Virus record (IMG/VR): IMGVR_UViG_3300048009_000268
Span: 1 to 35,014 of that record
Strand: one strand, 5' to 3'
Length of the DNA: 35,014 nucleotides
From: a virus
Taxonomy: Duplodnaviria; Caudoviricetes
How positions within the stretch are numbered: position 1 is the stretch's first letter; every line of letters starts with the position of its first letter. Below the pieces are notes generated by a model that saw nothing but the letters and a program-made list of their open reading frames with translations, did no database searches and had not been told where the DNA came from. The translations under genes were made by a program, and so were the position numbers. Shown piece by piece: positions 18,267 through 27,682 of this stretch.

Positions 18267-18497
18267 ATGGCCACCAGCCTAGAAAAGAAAAACTTAGAAG
18301 CACACGTTGATTTATGTCAAGAAAGATATGAACAACTTGAAGCTCGTCTCACTAAAATAGAAGACAAAGTAGAACACATTCATAAAGATATCACCGATGG
18401 GCAAAAGTCAATGACTAAAGTGCTTGTTGGCACAGCTGGCACAATCGTTGCTGGTTTACTTTCCACAATAATCGTAATTTTATTAAACGTTAATTAA
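18267..18497 (+). CDS. Coiled-coil protein with a C-terminal TM helix (XhlA/holin-like architecture)
   Basis: Heptad region ERYEQLEARLTKIEDKVEHI followed by hydrophobic VLVGTAGTIVAGLLSTIIVILL. Confidence 0.55.
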   Translation: MATSLEKKNLEAHVDLCQERYEQLEARLTKIEDKVEHIHKDITDGQKSMTKVLVGTAGTIVAGLLSTIIVILLNVN

Positions 18498-18513
18498 TCA
18501 ACTAAATAACTAT

Positions 18514-18819
18514 ATGTTATTAAGAGAGATTACCTTACCGCTTGACGATTTAGAAGAAGCTAAAATGGCTTGGGCCAAACGCGGCAACAAAGTCGTTCGT
18601 AAGTTTAGATGTAGTGGCGGCAGGCGACATGGACGTATTGTTTCTAATATTGCTCAGTGTTTTGCAAAGCCTGACATGAAGAAGCGTTTGAAACTAAAAG
18701 TTACAAAAGCAAGGCTTGGTGCTAAAATGGCACGTAAGGCACGTAAGACTAAAAGAGTAAGTTCAGCAAGCCGCAGAGTAGCAGCTCTTAATAAAGCAAG
18801 TAGACCAAAGAGATTATAA
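18514..18819 (+). CDS. Very basic protein, paralogue 1 (RC-x-GG-R-x-GRIV...C motif)
   Basis: Acidic N-terminal 16 aa followed by a K/R-rich body. Confidence 0.7.
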   Translation: MLLREITLPLDDLEEAKMAWAKRGNKVVRKFRCSGGRRHGRIVSNIAQCFAKPDMKKRLKLKVTKARLGAKMARKARKTKRVSSASRRVAALNKASRPKRL

Positions 18820-19145
18820 TGTACTTAAGAGAGTTGACAGAAACAACTTCAATTGAAGAAGGCGCAACTAGCATTTATGGCCGTAAAGGCGGTAAGAATG
18901 TTCGTAGGTACAGATGCAATAGTGGTCCACGTAAAGGACGTATTGTTGCAAAGATGTCAACATGTACAGCACCAAAGAGTGTTAAGAAAGCAACTACTCT
19001 TAAGAAAGTAAAACGTGCTGGAGCAAAGCGACAGGCAGTTAAGATAGCAAGAACAAAAAGAGCAAACCCTGCATCAAGCAGATTGCCTAGAGTAAATAAA
19101 GGTATAAGGACTCAACGTAAAAAGTCTAAGGCCAAGAGGATATAA
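18819..19145 (+). CDS. Very basic protein, paralogue 2
   Basis: RRYRCNSGPRKGRIVAKMSTCTAP aligns with RKFRCSGGRRHGRIVSNIAQCFAK of the upstream ORF. Confidence 0.7.
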   Translation: MYLRELTETTSIEEGATSIYGRKGGKNVRRYRCNSGPRKGRIVAKMSTCTAPKSVKKATTLKKVKRAGAKRQAVKIARTKRANPASSRLPRVNKGIRTQRKKSKAKRI

Positions 19146-19146
19146 G

Positions 19147-19407
19147 ATGAAAATTAATGAAATTACAGAAATGCAAGGATCTAAACCAGCAATTATCAAG
19201 AACCTCAAGCCAGGACAAAGCGCAGAAGTAGATAATATGGACGGCACTAAAACTATTATCGATCTTAAAAAGAATCCATCGGCCCTACAAAAAGATCCTA
19301 AGACTAAAAAGGTCACTATAAACAAAAAGCCCCAACCGGGCGCGAAAGCCAATCCAGCAACAACTGTTAAAAGAGGCGACAAGGTTTTCGCAACACCAGG
19401 ACAATGA
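19147..19407 (+). CDS. Hypothetical protein, putative internal head protein
   Basis: N-terminus MKINEITE. GAGGA RBS. Confidence 0.65.
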   Translation: MKINEITEMQGSKPAIIKNLKPGQSAEVDNMDGTKTIIDLKKNPSALQKDPKTKKVTINKKPQPGAKANPATTVKRGDKVFATPGQ

Positions 19408-19616
19408 AACTAAACGAGTTAATTAATAGCTTTAGTATAGCTATTTCAAATGAGGAAGCAAAGGTATTAGAAAAAGTAAACCCTGTGCAACCTCTACAAG
19501 GTTTTTCTCCTAGAGAACAAGTCATAATTGATAACTTAATAAGGAAAAGTCTAGTAAGTAAAATACTGAAAGACAATATTGTAATGGTGGTGCAAAATGA
19601 ATTCGGAACTAGCTAG
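19404..19616 (+). CDS. Hypothetical protein
   Basis: N-terminus MKLNELI. ATGA overlap with the upstream gene. Confidence 0.65.
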   Translation: MKLNELINSFSIAISNEEAKVLEKVNPVQPLQGFSPREQVIIDNLIRKSLVSKILKDNIVMVVQNEFGTS

Positions 19617-20022
19617 TAGACTTGAAAGTTTAATAAACAGCAAGATACAAGATTACCCACTTCCTGTAGTGAATGGTAACAGTATACGTATTAAGAACTT
19701 TATAGTAAGATTCAGTAAACGTGCTGGCGCATGGTTAGTGTATGACAGCAGAGAAAATGTCCAAGCAGGAAAGTTCTTTGCAAAGACTAGTGCAATAGCA
19801 TTTGCTAAAGTAAATGCATCAAATGACACATGTCTAAATGCAACTATAAACAGGCTAGATGATATACTAAGCAAACACTATCAAGATTGTGTATTTTACA
19901 ATCACAGTATGAAAGTTACAAACGATGAAATCAAATACGATGTTTTATCTACTAGATTTGACATAAGTTATAATATAGCACAAGAAGTAAAGTCGCAACT
20001 GGATGAACTAATCCTGTGCTAG
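19597..20022 (+). CDS. Phage hypothetical protein
   Basis: 141 aa with a GGTGG RBS, overlapping the upstream ORF. Confidence 0.6.
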   Translation: MNSELASRLESLINSKIQDYPLPVVNGNSIRIKNFIVRFSKRAGAWLVYDSRENVQAGKFFAKTSAIAFAKVNASNDTCLNATINRLDDILSKHYQDCVFYNHSMKVTNDEIKYDVLSTRFDISYNIAQEVKSQLDELILC

Positions 20023-20067
20023 ATGATAAATAAATATACAAAGAACAACACATAGGAAAGTTGAACA

Positions 20068-20826
20068 ATGAATATAAGAGAAATTTCAAAACCAATTACG
20101 GCTAAGGCACTTAATGAGAGCCTCGCAAAGAAGTTTGGACAGCGTCTAAACTTAGAAGAATTTACACTTGGGCAACTACAAGATGCTCAAAACAAACTAA
20201 GAACTACACTTAGTCAAGTAGAAACAAAAGAAAGTTTCAACTCAACTCAAACACCAGCATATCAAAAATCAAAACTTTTCCTAGATGTTCTTAATGCTGA
20301 AATTGGTGAAAGAGCTGACATTGACGAGCCTGTACTTGAAGCAACTATTACTGAAGGCGAAGAAGATAAAGCAGAATTAGTAATGGCAGCCAAAGACATG
20401 GTAGACCGTGTAACAGGTTGGATGGAAGACACAGCAGAAATGCAAACAGAATCAATGCTTGAACTAGCAGATGCTATTAGAGACGAGATGGGTAGTGAAC
20501 AAGCTGAGTCATTTACTAACACTATTAAGCCAGCATTAGAGCAAATGTACGAAGTAATGGAAACTACACGTTCTGCACTTACAAACGGTGTAGGTATGCT
20601 TACAGGTGAAGGCGGCGCTGAAGAGCCTATGGGTGACGAGATGGGTGACTTGGGCGACATGGAACCAACAGACGACATGGACATGGATATGGATGCAGAA
20701 GCTCCAGCAGACGACATGGACATGGGCGATGACTTTGGTGCAGACGATGCTGCGGCAGGCGGAGAAGAAGAAGCTGGTCGTGAAAAGCGTGAAAGTGTAG
20801 AGCGTTCAAAAAAAAAGCTCAAATAG
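20068..20826 (+). CDS. Acidic helical protein, putative prohead core/scaffold-like
   Basis: Late motif at 20027, several [LI]-x-E sites, a D/M/E-rich low-complexity tail and REKRES end. Function is inferred. Confidence 0.55.
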   Translation: MNIREISKPITAKALNESLAKKFGQRLNLEEFTLGQLQDAQNKLRTTLSQVETKESFNSTQTPAYQKSKLFLDVLNAEIGERADIDEPVLEATITEGEEDKAELVMAAKDMVDRVTGWMEDTAEMQTESMLELADAIRDEMGSEQAESFTNTIKPALEQMYEVMETTRSALTNGVGMLTGEGGAEEPMGDEMGDLGDMEPTDDMDMDMDAEAPADDMDMGDDFGADDAAAGGEEEAGREKRESVERSKKKLK

Positions 20827-21128
20827 CTGAAGCATTAGACGAATCTGGTACGCTAGTACAAATTATCAAAACAATTAAACCTGGAACAACTGTTAGTTGG
20901 GATAAACTCAACGGCTATATGAAAAAAGCAGGCGTTCCACAGTTTGATTACAACACATTCAAAGAAACATACGATCAAAACGCACAACTCCAGAAGCTAG
21001 TTAAGTTTGACCCACAAGGGGTAACTATTAATGATAGCTCAATGGATCAAGTAGGTAGCACTGAGCCTAGCAATACTGACACAGTTGGCGACATGGCAAA
21101 AAGAGCAACTGACCTAAGCGACTTATAG
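20793..21128 (+). CDS. Downstream ORF in the -1 frame, probably reached by frameshift from the upstream gene
   Basis: The frame is open from 20793, the first ATG is at 20919 with no SD, and the overlap contains A AAA AAG. Confidence 0.55.
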   Translation, partial: KCRAFKKKAQIAEALDESGTLVQIIKTIKPGTTVSWDKLNGYMKKAGVPQFDYNTFKETYDQNAQLQKLVKFDPQGVTINDSSMDQVGSTEPSNTDTVGDMAKRATDLSDL

Positions 21129-21129
21129 G

Positions 21130-21158
21130 TTGACTTTCCATAGTTATTGTAGTACAAT
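21130..21158 (+). promoter_or_regulatory. Sigma70-like promoter
   Basis: TTGACT-N17-TACAAT. Confidence 0.75.
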
Positions 21159-21182
21159 ACACTAAAGGAACCTATATATTAT

Positions 21183-21863
21183 ATGTCACTAATCATCGAG
21201 AAATACAAATACGAAAGACTCAAGCGAGTCGAAGTTAACGGCAAACGTAAGTATGCCGCACCTGGCGGTGTACCAGTAGCAAGTGTAACAACTATCTTAG
21301 ATGCAACAAAAGATAAATCACACTTGATTGCTTGGCGCAAACGTGTAGGTGAAAAGAAAGCACAAGAGATTGTAACCGAAGCGGCAGGCGTGGGTACACG
21401 TATGCACAAATACCTTGAAGACTATATAGAGTTTGGCGAATGGCCTACTTGCGGTAGCAATCCTTATGCACAAAAAGCACATGCAATGGCAACTAGAATA
21501 CGCGAAGAAGCAATGGGCGATGTAGACGAGATATGGGGAAGCGAAGTTCCTTTATATGTACCTGGTATCTATGCAGGAACAACTGACTTAGTAGGACAGT
21601 ATAAAGGCAATCCATGTATAATGGACTTCAAACAAACTAATAAACCTAAGAAACCTGAGTGGGTATATGACTACTATCTACAGCTAACAGCGTATGCTCT
21701 AGCACACAACGAAGTACACGGCACAAATATACGTGAAGGACACATCTTTATGTGTTCACGTGATTTAGAATATCAACAGTTTGATATATGGCCAGATGAG
21801 TTCGATGACTGGGCGCAAGAGTGGTGGAAGCGTTGCGAAATGTATTATGAGAAACAAGCATAA
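21183..21863 (+). CDS. PD-(D/E)XK exonuclease (T4-like phage exonuclease)
   Basis: SVTTIL, GTRMHKYLE, AGTTDLVG, IMDFKQT and YYLQLTAYALA motifs. Confidence 0.85.
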   Translation: MSLIIEKYKYERLKRVEVNGKRKYAAPGGVPVASVTTILDATKDKSHLIAWRKRVGEKKAQEIVTEAAGVGTRMHKYLEDYIEFGEWPTCGSNPYAQKAHAMATRIREEAMGDVDEIWGSEVPLYVPGIYAGTTDLVGQYKGNPCIMDFKQTNKPKKPEWVYDYYLQLTAYALAHNEVHGTNIREGHIFMCSRDLEYQQFDIWPDEFDDWAQEWWKRCEMYYEKQA

Positions 21864-21895
21864 ATACATTATAGAAAGCAACTTAGGAGAATGTA

Positions 21896-23497
21896 GTGGC
21901 CGTAGTACAAATCAGTCGTATTCAAGTCCGTAGGGGACAAGCAAATCAAGGATCAGGAATCCCACAACTTGCTGGTGGTGAATTTGGCTGGGCTGTTGAC
22001 GCACAAGAACTTTACATTGGTAACGGTTCCGTAGCTGAAGGTGCTCCTGCTGTTGGTAATTCAAAGATACTAACCGAACATGATGACATATTCGAACTCG
22101 TAGGCACATATGCATACAAGAAAGGTGCAATTGACACCGGCGAAGGTATTGCTGTTGAGCGCACACTTAACGCAAGACTAGATGACATCGTAAGTGTTCG
22201 TTCGTTTGGTTGTGCAGGTGACGGATCAGATATTACTGTCGCATTACAAAAGGCACTGTACGAACTTTATCTAAACCCTACTACAAAGACTAATCCACAA
22301 AGCAGAGTAATACTACACGTAGAGCCAGGAACTTATAGAATTAGTTCTACAATTAATATTCCACCTTTTGCAACTATTGCAGGAGCAGGTAAAGACAAAA
22401 CTATCTTTATAAAGACAGGCGACTTTACTATGTTCCAAACTATCTCTAAAGATTCTTCGTATGACGGTGTTGTAGCCAATGCTGTAGTATATGGCGATCC
22501 AACAATGACATATGCAAACAGTTCGCAATACATAGAATTTAGCGACTGTACACTACAATCAGAAAGCAATGATGGCACATTACTACAACTTAATAGTTGC
22601 CGTGACAGCCGTTTTGTAAACATGCAATTCCAAGCAAACAAACTAACAGCAAATACAACTAATCCTGCTGTACTAATTAGAAGCAAGAGTGATGCTGTAA
22701 GATCAGAGTTTAATAGATTCGTTGACTGTGAGTTTGTAAACATTGGTAAAGCAATAGTTAGTAATCATAATATTTCACGTAATGAAATAGACGCATGTAA
22801 GTTCTATAACATTACAAAGGCCATTGAGCTAGGTGTTACACCTACTATTGGTCAAGCAAATGCTACCGACAATAACATTAGAGAATGTTATTTTGAGACC
22901 ATTGATGAACAAGCAATACATATTGCAAATGGTACACGTAACTCTAGTATCAATAATAGATTTGGTCCTAGTGTGGGCAACAACGGCGGTAGCGAAACAA
23001 CGGTTGCTCACAGCATAATAAAATTTGGCGAATCAGGCAACATTTCAGTTGACAACGAGTTCGATAGAACGTATAATCTTAGTATTAATCAGGCGTATAT
23101 AGTTAATAAACCATATATACCTGAGGTTGAAGGACCCGCGTTCTATGAACACGAATATACTGAGCAAGTTGAACTAAGCCAAATAGGTACACCTCAACTC
23201 TTGTTTAGGTTGCCCGCTGATACAAGTAAGTCATTTGATATTGACTACTGGTATAAGACTGACAGAGGCGGCATTGTGTTTTCTAGAGCAGGTACTTTAA
23301 CTGTATTTGTAAATAGAGAGAACAATAGCGTAAGCGTTATGGATGATTATGATATTAGCGGACTAGATAGTTTAGGCGAAAGCCTGCAATTTAGTGCAAC
23401 ATTAAACCAGTTAGAAAGTGCATGGAGTGCTCAAGTGAAATATATAAACCAATTAGACTCAGGAAACTTAACTTTTAAAATACGTACACGAAGTTAA
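21896..23497 (+). CDS. Virion protein with an Mtd-N-like N-terminus and pectate-lyase-like beta-helix
   Basis: ISRIQVRRG...LAGGEFGWAVDAQELYIGNG, then VSVRSFGCAGDG and PGTYRIS...IAGAGKDKT beta-helix entry motifs. Confidence 0.72.
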   Translation: MAVVQISRIQVRRGQANQGSGIPQLAGGEFGWAVDAQELYIGNGSVAEGAPAVGNSKILTEHDDIFELVGTYAYKKGAIDTGEGIAVERTLNARLDDIVSVRSFGCAGDGSDITVALQKALYELYLNPTTKTNPQSRVILHVEPGTYRISSTINIPPFATIAGAGKDKTIFIKTGDFTMFQTISKDSSYDGVVANAVVYGDPTMTYANSSQYIEFSDCTLQSESNDGTLLQLNSCRDSRFVNMQFQANKLTANTTNPAVLIRSKSDAVRSEFNRFVDCEFVNIGKAIVSNHNISRNEIDACKFYNITKAIELGVTPTIGQANATDNNIRECYFETIDEQAIHIANGTRNSSINNRFGPSVGNNGGSETTVAHSIIKFGESGNISVDNEFDRTYNLSINQAYIVNKPYIPEVEGPAFYEHEYTEQVELSQIGTPQLLFRLPADTSKSFDIDYWYKTDRGGIVFSRAGTLTVFVNRENNSVSVMDDYDISGLDSLGESLQFSATLNQLESAWSAQVKYINQLDSGNLTFKIRTRS

Positions 23498-23502
23498 CTT
23501 TA

Positions 23503-23928
23503 ATGTTTGGTGAAAAATATTCAGTAAGACTCCAGGCCTGGCATGACTTCAGACAAGAGTTAGAAAGCCATCCAGATCCCCTACAGTACACAATCGACAC
23601 GTATGAAAGTGTGCCTCAAGTTAGTATTCATACTGACCCTTGGGATCAAAAAATATGGCCTCAACCTTGGGAACTGATTTTAGAGAATCAGTACTGTTCC
23701 TTTTGTACTGTATTAGGAATGTGCTATTCGCTACAGTTAACAGACCGCTTTAAACAGGTACCTGTAGAGATACATATCTGTATAGATAGAGAAGACAACG
23801 AAACTTACTATCTGCTACTAATCGAAGATAGGATAATTGGCTATGAACCAGACACACATATTGCCAAGTCTGATCTTCCAGAAACAATAATTTCGCAACG
23901 TGAGTATCACATGTCTGGGTTGCAATAA
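23503..23928 (+). CDS. Phage hypothetical protein
   Basis: 141 aa containing a WPQPWELI motif. Confidence 0.65.
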   Translation: MFGEKYSVRLQAWHDFRQELESHPDPLQYTIDTYESVPQVSIHTDPWDQKIWPQPWELILENQYCSFCTVLGMCYSLQLTDRFKQVPVEIHICIDREDNETYYLLLIEDRIIGYEPDTHIAKSDLPETIISQREYHMSGLQ

Positions 23929-23964
23929 ATATAAAACTTAATAGGAATGATAGAGGAGAACAAT

Positions 23965-26265
23965 ATGTCCAACGGGATTCAAATCGTAAAACGATCTGGC
24001 AAAAAAGAACCAATCAACATTGATAAAATACACAAGGTAGTAGAATTTGCTTGTGAAGGTTTAGCCGGCGTAAGTAGTAGTCAAATCGAAATGAATGCGA
24101 ACTTACAATTTTATGATGGTATGCCAACAAGTGACATACAAGAAATTCTAGTAAGAAGTGCTAACGATTTAATTAGTTTGGATAACCCAAACTACCAGTA
24201 TGCTGCAGCAAGACTATTAAGCTATGGTGTAAACAAAGATGTATTTGGCGAGTACAATGCAATTACACTACAGAAAAACATTGAACTTAACATTGAGCGT
24301 AACGTATATGATCCTGAGATACTTGAAAAGTATACAACAGATGAAATTGCTACACTTGACAGTTATATAAGACATAAGCGTGATGAAAACTTTACCTACG
24401 CAGGGTTACGTCAAGTAGTTGACAAATACCTTTGCCAGGATCGTTCAAATGGACAAATATTTGAAACTCCCCAGTTTATGTATATGATGATTGCGGCAAC
24501 ATTGTTTGCTAACTATCCAGCAGAAACACGTATGCACTACGTAAGGAGATACTACGATGCGACCTCACTTTTTAAAATCAATATTCCGACCCCAGTTATG
24601 GCAGGTGTCAGGACCCCTGTACGACAGTTTGCAAGTTGTGTTCTTGTTGACAGTGATGATACTCTTGACAGCATTTTTGCTAGTGATATGGCTATTGGCC
24701 GCTATACAGCTCAACGTGCAGGCATCGGCATCAACGCTGGCAGGATACGCGGAGTCAACGCAAAGATACGTGGCGGAGAAGTGGCGCACACTGGTATCAT
24801 TCCTTTCTTAAAGAAGTTTGAAAGCACAGTACGTTGTTGTACACAGAATGGGGTACGTGGCGGTAGTGCTACTACGCACTTCCCGTTTTGGCATCAAGAG
24901 ATTGAAGACATCCTTGTACTAAAGAACAACAAAGGTACAGAGGACAACAGAGTACGTAAACTAGACTACAGCATACAGTTAAACAAAACTATGTATGAAA
25001 GGTTGTTATCTGGTGGTGATATTACTCTTTTCTCGCCACATGAAGTTCCGGGATTGTATGAAGCATACTTTGGTGATGCAGACAAGTTTAAAGAGCTTTA
25101 TGAAAAGTATGAACGTGCTACAAGCATTAAAAAGAAAACTATTCCTGCAATGGAATTGTTTAGTGCATTAGTAAAAGAACGTGCAGAAACAGGGCGTATC
25201 TACATTATGAATGTAGATCATGCTAACACACACAGTTCGTTTAAAGATACAGTTTACATGAGTAACCTGTGTCAAGAGATTACATTACCTACAAAGCCAC
25301 TTAACCACATTGATGATCCAGAAGGTGAAATTGCATTGTGTATTCTAAGTGCTATTAACGTAGGTACACTAAGATCATTAGATGACTTAGAAGAACTATG
25401 TGAGCTGGCTGTTAGAGCATTAGAAGAAATCATTGACTATCAGAAGTATCCAATTAAAGCGGCAGAAGTTAGTACAAAGGCAAGACGTTCACTAGGTGTA
25501 GGCTACATTGGATTAGCACACTATCTAGCTCGTCAACATGTTAAGTACGAAGACAAAGAAGCATGGACACTAGTACATGACTTGTCAGAAGCGTTTCAGT
25601 ATTACTTGCTTAAAGCCAGCAACACTTTAGCGCAGGAACGAGGAGCATGTGAATACTTTAACCGTACTAAATACTCCGACGGCATTCTTCCTATTGATAC
25701 TTACAAGAAAGATGTCGATGATGTAGTAAAAGGAAAGTTAAATTATGATTGGGATAGCCTACGTTCTAGCATACAGGAACACGGACTTAGACACTCGACA
25801 TTGTCCGCACAGATGCCATCGGAGAGTAGCAGCGTTGTGTCAAACGCCACAAACGGCATCGAACCACCTAGAGGCTACTTGTCCACTAAAAAATCAAAGA
25901 AGGGGCCTCTTAAGCAGATTGTTCCCCAATACCAAACTCTAAAGAACCACTACAGCTTGTTATGGGATATGCCTAACAACACAGGATATATAAATATTGT
26001 TGCTGTGATGCAGAAGTTCTTTGACCAAGCTATAAGCGGCAACTGGAGTTATAACCCTACGCACTTTGAAAACAATGAAGTGCCTATGAGTGTTATGATT
26101 GGTGACTTACTAAACACCTACAAGTTAGGATGGAAAACTAGTTACTATCAGAACACTTATGATTACAAAACAGATCCAAGTGAACTGGAAGATGAAGAAA
26201 CACAAGTAGAATTACCCATGGGCGCCGAAGAAGATGAAGAAGCCTGCGAAGCATGTGCAATTTAA
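23965..26265 (+). CDS. nrdA: Class Ia ribonucleotide reductase alpha subunit with ATP cone
   Basis: IVKRSG ATP cone, PTPVMAG, FASCVL, SNLCQEI, SYY and C-terminal CEAC. The ATG at 23965 follows GAGGAG. No intein or intron seen. Confidence 0.97.
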   Translation: MSNGIQIVKRSGKKEPINIDKIHKVVEFACEGLAGVSSSQIEMNANLQFYDGMPTSDIQEILVRSANDLISLDNPNYQYAAARLLSYGVNKDVFGEYNAITLQKNIELNIERNVYDPEILEKYTTDEIATLDSYIRHKRDENFTYAGLRQVVDKYLCQDRSNGQIFETPQFMYMMIAATLFANYPAETRMHYVRRYYDATSLFKINIPTPVMAGVRTPVRQFASCVLVDSDDTLDSIFASDMAIGRYTAQRAGIGINAGRIRGVNAKIRGGEVAHTGIIPFLKKFESTVRCCTQNGVRGGSATTHFPFWHQEIEDILVLKNNKGTEDNRVRKLDYSIQLNKTMYERLLSGGDITLFSPHEVPGLYEAYFGDADKFKELYEKYERATSIKKKTIPAMELFSALVKERAETGRIYIMNVDHANTHSSFKDTVYMSNLCQEITLPTKPLNHIDDPEGEIALCILSAINVGTLRSLDDLEELCELAVRALEEIIDYQKYPIKAAEVSTKARRSLGVGYIGLAHYLARQHVKYEDKEAWTLVHDLSEAFQYYLLKASNTLAQERGACEYFNRTKYSDGILPIDTYKKDVDDVVKGKLNYDWDSLRSSIQEHGLRHSTLSAQMPSESSSVVSNATNGIEPPRGYLSTKKSKKGPLKQIVPQYQTLKNHYSLLWDMPNNTGYINIVAVMQKFFDQAISGNWSYNPTHFENNEVPMSVMIGDLLNTYKLGWKTSYYQNTYDYKTDPSELEDEETQVELPMGAEEDEEACEACAI

Positions 26266-26268
26266 TTC

Positions 26269-26297
26269 TTGACAAACAAAAGAAAAGATAGTAGCAT
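26269..26297 (+). promoter_or_regulatory. Sigma70-like promoter for nrdB
   Basis: TTGACA-N17-TAGCAT. Confidence 0.6.
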
Positions 26298-26324
26298 TGC
26301 TACATAGGATAAGGAAAGTTTAAA

Positions 26325-27428
26325 ATGGCAAAAACAGTATTCAACACTGATAAGGTTGACTTTACAAAACAAAACATGTTCTTCGGAGCAGATCAAAACA
26401 CACAACGATATGATGTATTCAAATTTCCTGTGTTTGATAAATTAAATCAAACCATGCTTGGATACTTTTGGAGACCAGAAGAAGTTTCATTGCAAAAAGA
26501 TAGAGCAGACTATGCTAACTTCCGCCCTGAGCAGAAGCACATCTTTACAGCAAACTTAAAATATCAAACACTACTTGACAGCGTACAAGGACGTGGTCCA
26601 TGCCTAGCATTTTTGCCGCATGTATCATTGCCTGAGCTAGAAGGTTGTATTGTTACTTGGGACTTCTTTGAAACTATCCACTCACGTTCGTATACACACA
26701 TTATGAAAAATGTGTATCCAGACCCAAGTGAAGTATTTGATACTATCTTAGACGACAAAGAGATTCTTAAACGTGCAGAAGCTGTTACTAAGAACTATGA
26801 TGCATTTACAGAAGCGGCAGACGCTTACAATCATCGTGGTGAAGGTAGTATGCTAGATGTCAAAAAGAAACTCTACTTGGCTATGATGAACGTAAATATC
26901 TTAGAAGGACTTCGTTTCTATGTAAGTTTTGCATGTACATTTGGTTTTGGCGAACTAAAACTAATGGAAGGATCAGCAAAGATTATTTCATTAATTGCAC
27001 GTGACGAAGCACAACACTTGGCACTTAGCACACACGTTCTTAAGAACTGGGCTAACGGCAAAGACGATCCACAAATGGTTAAGATTGCTAAAGAGTGTAA
27101 AGAAGAAGTGTACGAAATGTGGCGTACCTGTGTAGAAGAAGAAAAGGCATGGGCGGAGTACTTGTTTAAAGATGGTTCAATGATTGGACTTAATGCAACA
27201 CTACTTAATCAGTATGTAGAGTATATTGCTAACAGACGATTAAAAGCATTAGGATTAGATGCAATCTTTGACCAACCTGTAAACACTAACCCATTACCGT
27301 GGACTACACATTGGTTGAGTAGTTCAGGCTTGCAGGTAGCCCCACAAGAGACTGAAGTAGAGTCTTACGTTATTGGCGGTATTAAACAAGACGTAAGTGA
27401 AGAGTCACTTAAAGGATTTAGTTTATGA
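26325..27428 (+). CDS. nrdB: Class Ia ribonucleotide reductase beta subunit
   Basis: FWRPEE, LLDSVQGR, ETIHSRSY, EGLRFYVSF, RDEAQH and VAPQETE motifs. Confidence 0.97.
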   Translation: MAKTVFNTDKVDFTKQNMFFGADQNTQRYDVFKFPVFDKLNQTMLGYFWRPEEVSLQKDRADYANFRPEQKHIFTANLKYQTLLDSVQGRGPCLAFLPHVSLPELEGCIVTWDFFETIHSRSYTHIMKNVYPDPSEVFDTILDDKEILKRAEAVTKNYDAFTEAADAYNHRGEGSMLDVKKKLYLAMMNVNILEGLRFYVSFACTFGFGELKLMEGSAKIISLIARDEAQHLALSTHVLKNWANGKDDPQMVKIAKECKEEVYEMWRTCVEEEKAWAEYLFKDGSMIGLNATLLNQYVEYIANRRLKALGLDAIFDQPVNTNPLPWTTHWLSSSGLQVAPQETEVESYVIGGIKQDVSEESLKGFSL

Positions 27429-27682
27429 CAAATATTGTAGTATGGAGCAAACCGCAATGTCCGTTTTGTGACAAAGCAAAAGCAAAATTAGATGCAATGC
27501 ATATTAACTACGAAGTTAAGATGATTGGCACTGATGTACAGTTAGAAGATTTATTAGAGGCTGTACCAGGAGCAAGGAGTGTACCACAAATACAAATCAA
27601 TGGTGAGAACATTGGTGGCTACACAGATTTATTAAAATATATTGAAGACACCAACTTCAATGGCACAGGACACACATTATAA
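27425..27682 (+). CDS. Glutaredoxin
   Basis: CPFC active site, SVPQI and IGGY. Confidence 0.92.
   Translation: MTNIVVWSKPQCPFCDKAKAKLDAMHINYEVKMIGTDVQLEDLLEAVPGARSVPQIQINGENIGGYTDLLKYIEDTNFNGTGHTL

Noticed and set aside
21183-21863. Cas4-like nuclease implying a CRISPR system
   Set aside because: Lacks the four-Cys Fe-S pattern and any CRISPR context; fits an ordinary phage exonuclease.
23965-27428. Introns, inteins or homing endonucleases in nrdA/nrdB
   Set aside because: Both ORFs are continuous and of normal length.
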